Origin: Macrostomum lignano
Taxonomy: Eukaryota
Direction: 5' to 3'
Assembly: GCA_002269645.1 (NCBI GenBank)
Contig: NIVC01002193.1
Coordinates: 62,001 to 126,000, forward strand
Length of the DNA: 64,000 bases
Below, in pieces: positions 59,573-64,000 of the stretch. Below the pieces are notes generated by a model that saw nothing but the letters and a program-made list of their open reading frames with translations, searched no databases and was not told the DNA's origin. The position numbers were made by a program, and so were the translations under genes. How positions within the stretch are numbered: the first letter of the stretch is position 1; the number at the start of each line of letters is the position of its first letter.

Positions 59573-60610
59573 AGTCACTCTCTATACCTCAGGTGTCTCT
59601 GTAGTCACTCTCTGCACCTCAGGTGTCTCTGTAGTCACTCTCTGATCCTTCAGGTATCTCTGTAGTCACTCTCTGATCCTTCAGGTATCTCTGTAGTCAC
59701 TCTCTGATCCTTCAGGTGTCTCTGTAGTCACTCTCTGATCCTTCAGGTGTCTCTGTAGTCACTCTCTGATCCTTCAGGTGTCTCTATAGTCACTCTCTGC
59801 AGCTCAGGTGTCTCTGTAGTCACTCTCTGCACCTCAGGTGTCTCTGTAGTCACTCTCTGCACCTCAGGTGTCTCTGTAGTCACTCTCTGATCCTTCAGGT
59901 GTCTCTGTAGTCCCTCTCTGATCCTTCAGGTGTCTCTATAGTCACTCTCTGCAGCTCAGGTGTCTCTGTAGTCACTCTCTGCACCTCAGGTGTCTCTGTA
60001 GTCACTCTCTGCACCTCAGGTGTCTCTGTAGTCACTCTCTGATCCTTCAGGTGTCTCTGTAGTCACTCTCTGATCCTTCAGGTGTCTCTATAGTCACTCT
60101 CTGCAGCTCAGGTGTCTCTGTAGTCACTCTCTGCACCTCAGGTGTCTCTGTAGTCACTCTCTGCACCTCAGGTGTCTCTGTAGTCACTCTCTGATCCTTC
60201 AGGTGTCTCTGTAGTCACTCTCTGATCCCTCAGGTGTCTCTGTAGTCACTCTCTGCACCTCAGGTGTCTCTGTAGTCACTCTCTGATCCTTCAGGTGTCT
60301 CTGTAGTCACTCTCTGATCCTTCAGGTGTCTCTGTAGTCACTCTCTGATCCTTCAGATGTCTAGTAGTCACTCTCTGATCCTTCAGGTGTCTAGTAGTCA
60401 CTCTCTGATCCTTCAGGTGTCTCTGTAGTAACTCTCTGATCCTTCAGGTGTCTCTGTAGTCACTCTCTGATCCTTCAGGTGTCTGTAGTCACTCTCTGAT
60501 CCTTTAGGTGTCTCTGCAGTCACTCTCCGCACCTCCAGGTGTCTGCAGTCACTTTCAGCACCCTCAGGTGTCTTTGCAGTCACTCTCAAATCTTTCAGGT
60601 GTCTCTGTAA
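59573..60610 (+). repeat. 30/31-bp minisatellite (~33 copies)
   Basis: Units CAGGTGTCTCTGTAGTCACTCTCTGCACCT (30) and CAGGTGTCTCTGTAGTCACTCTCTGATCCTT (31). Confidence 0.95.
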
Positions 60611-61829
60611 CACTCTGTCAAAGTGGTTTTCTTTTTCAAAGTCCATTTGCTGGTTTTGCGAATTGAATTTTCGGAGGTATTCGTGCTCTACACACAGCTA
60701 CCTTAGGTGCAAGCGGCTCCACAATCAAGACAAAAGTGCACAGCCTACATACAGATGCACTGTTTGCACAGGCAAACAAATTATTACTTAACCGAAATTC
60801 TGAAAACAGTACAGAATTAAAAGACGCGCAATTGCTTGCTTGAATGGAAAGTAAAATCCCCCAACTCCACAGTCAAGCCCTGGTCACTGCGTGCCTTCAC
60901 GGACGTGGCCGCGGCTCTTGAAAAAGTATGGCATTCCTAGCAGTGCCGAAAGGAATACTTGCTGGTCAGGCCAAAACCGCAACTTACACTCTCGCTCTCT
61001 CTCTCTCTCTCGCCCCCCGCTCTCTCCAGACAAGACTGCTTTCTACCTATCCAAATTCCCTACCGCTTCTGCACCCCAGCACCCGCTCCTAATTCCCTCT
61101 AAAACTAAGCGCGGGCTAGTTGATGACTCACAGCTCCTAAGCCGAGCTCTGTTCCCAGGGTCCTTCTGTGTTATTAGTGAAAAAACCTCGCCCCGCCAAC
61201 CCCCCCCCCGGGCTGGCAGGCAGCCAAGCCGCCGCCCCATCAGTTCTGCTGGCACTGGTGGCACAAATCTGGCTCCCCGCTGCCCCAGTTTCAATTCGTT
61301 ATCACAGTCGCTGATCCCTTCTCCTCCACCGGCTTTCTCCCCCCCCCATCCACTTGGACTCAAACGCCAACAAGTCAGCGTGCTTGAGCGAACGGCTAGC
61401 GCAGACACAGTCAGGCTGCACTGTGTGCATGAAGAGTTGGTACTGCCAGATTCACCCGTTTCCCCCTTTCTCCGCTAAGTAGGATGAGATTTAGGATAAA
61501 GAGGACCCGCGGTCTGCAGTTTATTACTATATATATGTATAAGCATCCTTGCTCTCTTTTCTCCCGCTAGCGTACTTCCATTATTGCCATTCTTTATTAT
61601 TCTCTCTCTCCATTTCATGCTGGAGTGCCCCCCCTCACTCCAGATTCTCTTATCAGGGAAAGCTGCATAAAGGCCTCTCTCATCGCAACTTTAGTCTTTT
61701 TACAGTCGGAATGCTTCTGCTCCAAAGATGAGGCCAGTTTATGAATTCTCGGATTTGGGGGCTTTGGGAAATCCTGGCGCAGTCAGGACAGTCAGAATCA
61801 GAGAGGGACCTCTGAGCACCCACACTAGG

Positions 61830-61995
61830 TGTACATCCTCAGGCATGAGCGCTCTCTGTGCCTTGGGAATCTGGCCATCGTTGGCTTGAATTGCACGACA
61901 AACCTCCGGCTCCGGGCCAAATTTTTGTGCACAGAGCCTCAAGTTGATGCGCGGAATCGAACCAGGGGCTTCTGGGCATGACAGTCAGAGGACGT
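61830..61995 (-). mobile_element. Truncated tRNA-derived SINE (second family)
   Basis: CTGACTGTCAT...CCCCTGGTTCGATTCC...TTTGTCGTGCAATTCAAGCC...CCCAAGGCACAGAGAG..CATGCCTGA. Confidence 0.6.
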
Positions 61996-62189
61996 TAGTC
62001 CTCAGTCCCCATGTCTCCCACAGCCTTTAGTTCCAAATTTACTGTCAATCATTTCCGTTTTAACCCTCGGTGAAGTTTATAAAATTTCAGTTTTGACAGT
62101 CGCTGAATTAAATGTTTTAATTGTGAATCCTTGAATTTTATGTTTCAGTGCCTCGTTAAGATTGTTGTTTAAGTAAGAGAGAGATAAGG

Positions 62190-62430
62190 AGAGTGACAGT
62201 GCGGGGATAGCAGTGCTGGAGTGACAGTGTGAGAGTGTCAGTGTGAGGATGACAGTGTGAGAGTGACAGTGTGAGGATGACAGTGTGAGAGTGACAGTGT
62301 GAGAGTGACAGTGTGAGAGTGATAGTGTGAGAGTGACAGTGTGAGGATGGCAGGTGCTAGAGTGACAGTGTGAGGATGGCAGGTGCTAGAGTGACAGTGT
62401 GAGGATGGCAGGTGCTAGAGTGACAATGTC
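62190..62430 (+). repeat. 14-bp degenerate minisatellite
   Basis: Unit GAGTGACAGTGTGA. Confidence 0.8.
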
Positions 62431-63059
62431 CTGACTTGTGATAGTGACATTCAGAGAGCAACATTGTAAGAGTGAAAGAATTGGGAGGAAGATTCCTGCG
62501 ATATCCTGTCAGAGCAAAGATATGAAAACTAAAGATGGGGCTTGAAATTTTCTAACATAAAAGAGTTTCTGCGATGAACAGGGGGGGGGGGCGGGCTGAT
62601 AAAGTGTGGAAGCTTTGTTCCAGATCCTCTCCTCGCTTCCCACTTCGTCTCGTCTTATTATTGTTGATGTCGACCTCGCAGTCTCTCTGTTTTCACTCAT
62701 AGCAGCCATTTTCCAGTTGGCTGCCCATCACTTCTGTTCTGGGAAAGCGTCATTGGCAATACAATGCAGCCCGAGCCAGAGCAGGTCAAGTGCTCCAAGA
62801 GCTGGCGCCCCTTGTGACTTCAGCTTGTCAATTTGGTTGGAAGAGGGTAGGTAGAAAGTGAAAAGAACTCTTCGACAATGACTTCGATCATAGGGCCAAA
62901 GGTCATGCACGCGGAAATGAAGAGGCTTGATGAATTCAGCTTACGGCTCTCTTATCAGCATTAATTTCGCCTGAATTGCCAGTATAGAAACCTCAATGCA
63001 AGGGCTCGACCGTGGCACGGCCCAGGGACTCCTAGAAATAGCATCAATGGACTGGAAAC

Positions 63060-63610
63060 TGTTGAATTCAATTTGAAGTTGAGAGAAGATTGGTTTCTTA
63101 GAATCTTTGACGATCAAGCTGCTAGCTAATTTCTATGAATTGGCGCGAATTCAATTTGGTCTAAGAGTTGATTGTGTTAATAAGTTTAACGAGTTTTAAC
63201 AGCATCATCTATCGTGGTGTCGTGGATTTATGAAACCAACGATGCTATCACACCTTTGATTTAGGTTTTTTATTATTAAAGGCCGGGGGCTGTGTGCACC
63301 CAGGCGCACTTCAAGCGACATTGTCGCACAACCGGCGAGAGGCATGTACGCAGATATAAGATACGTACTGTACGCAGTCACACGCACAGGCACACACTCA
63401 CACAGGAGTGTACAGCGGCCCTAACTTTATTTATCGTTAGGCATGTACACTTCATTGTGCCTTGGGGTTAGCCCTCAAGGGCGTTAATTGCACGAGCAGA
63501 GCCAAGCCGAGATTCCAATTTAGCCCCAAATTAATGCGACTACACTTGGAATCGAGCCTGGGCCGCTGGCACATCAGAGCGCCGTGCTTGACCACTTGGC
63601 TACGGCCCCC
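63060..63610 (-). mobile_element. tRNA-derived SINE (second family), near full length
   Basis: Collinear with 31958-32545; head GGGGCCGTAGCCAAGTGG...GGCTCGATTCC. Confidence 0.75.
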
Positions 63611-64000
63611 TAATGTCATTTTCATATTAATATTAAATAATTTGCAAAGGCTACAGCAATAGCATCATTGTGAAAGTATCTTCTTCTCGAGCTTCCAGTC
63701 CACTGATGCTAGTTCCTAGGAGTCCCTGGTCGCACACCTCTTCTCTTCACATTTGTGCCAGCGGCAACTCAATACGCTCGCAGGGGCATCGCGGAGGAGA
63801 CGTCAGGTCCACAGGCCCACCAGCACCCACCCCCCCCCCCATTGGCCCAATGTACAGCAGGCCCACGGACCGCGATTCACTGCAGCAACTAAACGGGAAT
63901 ATTAGGGATAGGAAGGCTCTTTTGCTGACTATGGAAATCTCGGAACACTGTGCAACAGCACCAGCAACAGGGGCAGCAGCTGTTATCGGCTCTCCCAGCC

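Noticed and set aside
3996-60610. Regular ~30-45-bp arrays as possible CRISPR loci
   Set aside because: The units are head-to-tail with no unique spacers, there are no cas genes, and the context is eukaryotic with spliceosomal introns.
1993-60646. Long low-complexity ORFs (SPLL/ERR, GGYSRML, CLSV/TDRQ, IIRVT, RSVCKLG, FDCQT, PHFLT and similar)
   Set aside because: They are stop-free frames of microsatellites and minisatellites, many inside introns.
60891-62910. Scattered ORFs at 61-63 kb
   Set aside because: No recognisable domain, consistent splice structure or coding-type periodicity by eye.

Overview
Eukaryotic (metazoan) genomic DNA: GC-rich spliced genes (GT-AG introns) separated and interrupted by minisatellites, SINEs, MITEs and decayed transposons. 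The style resembles the flatworm Macrostomum; this is an inference only. Genes supported, in order: an LRR + LRRCT + TM receptor-like gene (-); a 5-exon M17 leucyl-aminopeptidase-family gene (+) with a Crypton-like tyrosine-recombinase fragment in intron 2; two tandem C6orf89/BRAP-like membrane-protein genes (+); two tandem selenoprotein-W-like genes (-); three tandem RING + TRAF-zinc-finger genes with no MATH domain (-); an intronless RPLP1; an intronless divergent STAT; and a deleted P-superfamily/THAP transposase. The selenoprotein genes are absent from the ORF track because of an in-frame UGA in a YCGA-U-GY motif; each has a type-II SECIS, and the two SECIS show compensatory changes. Three host genes (LRR, BRAP-like A, STAT) each need exactly one extra base to be intact, most likely long-read deletion errors. 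Most long ORFs in the track are repeat artefacts. All family assignments come from recalled motifs; no database search was run.
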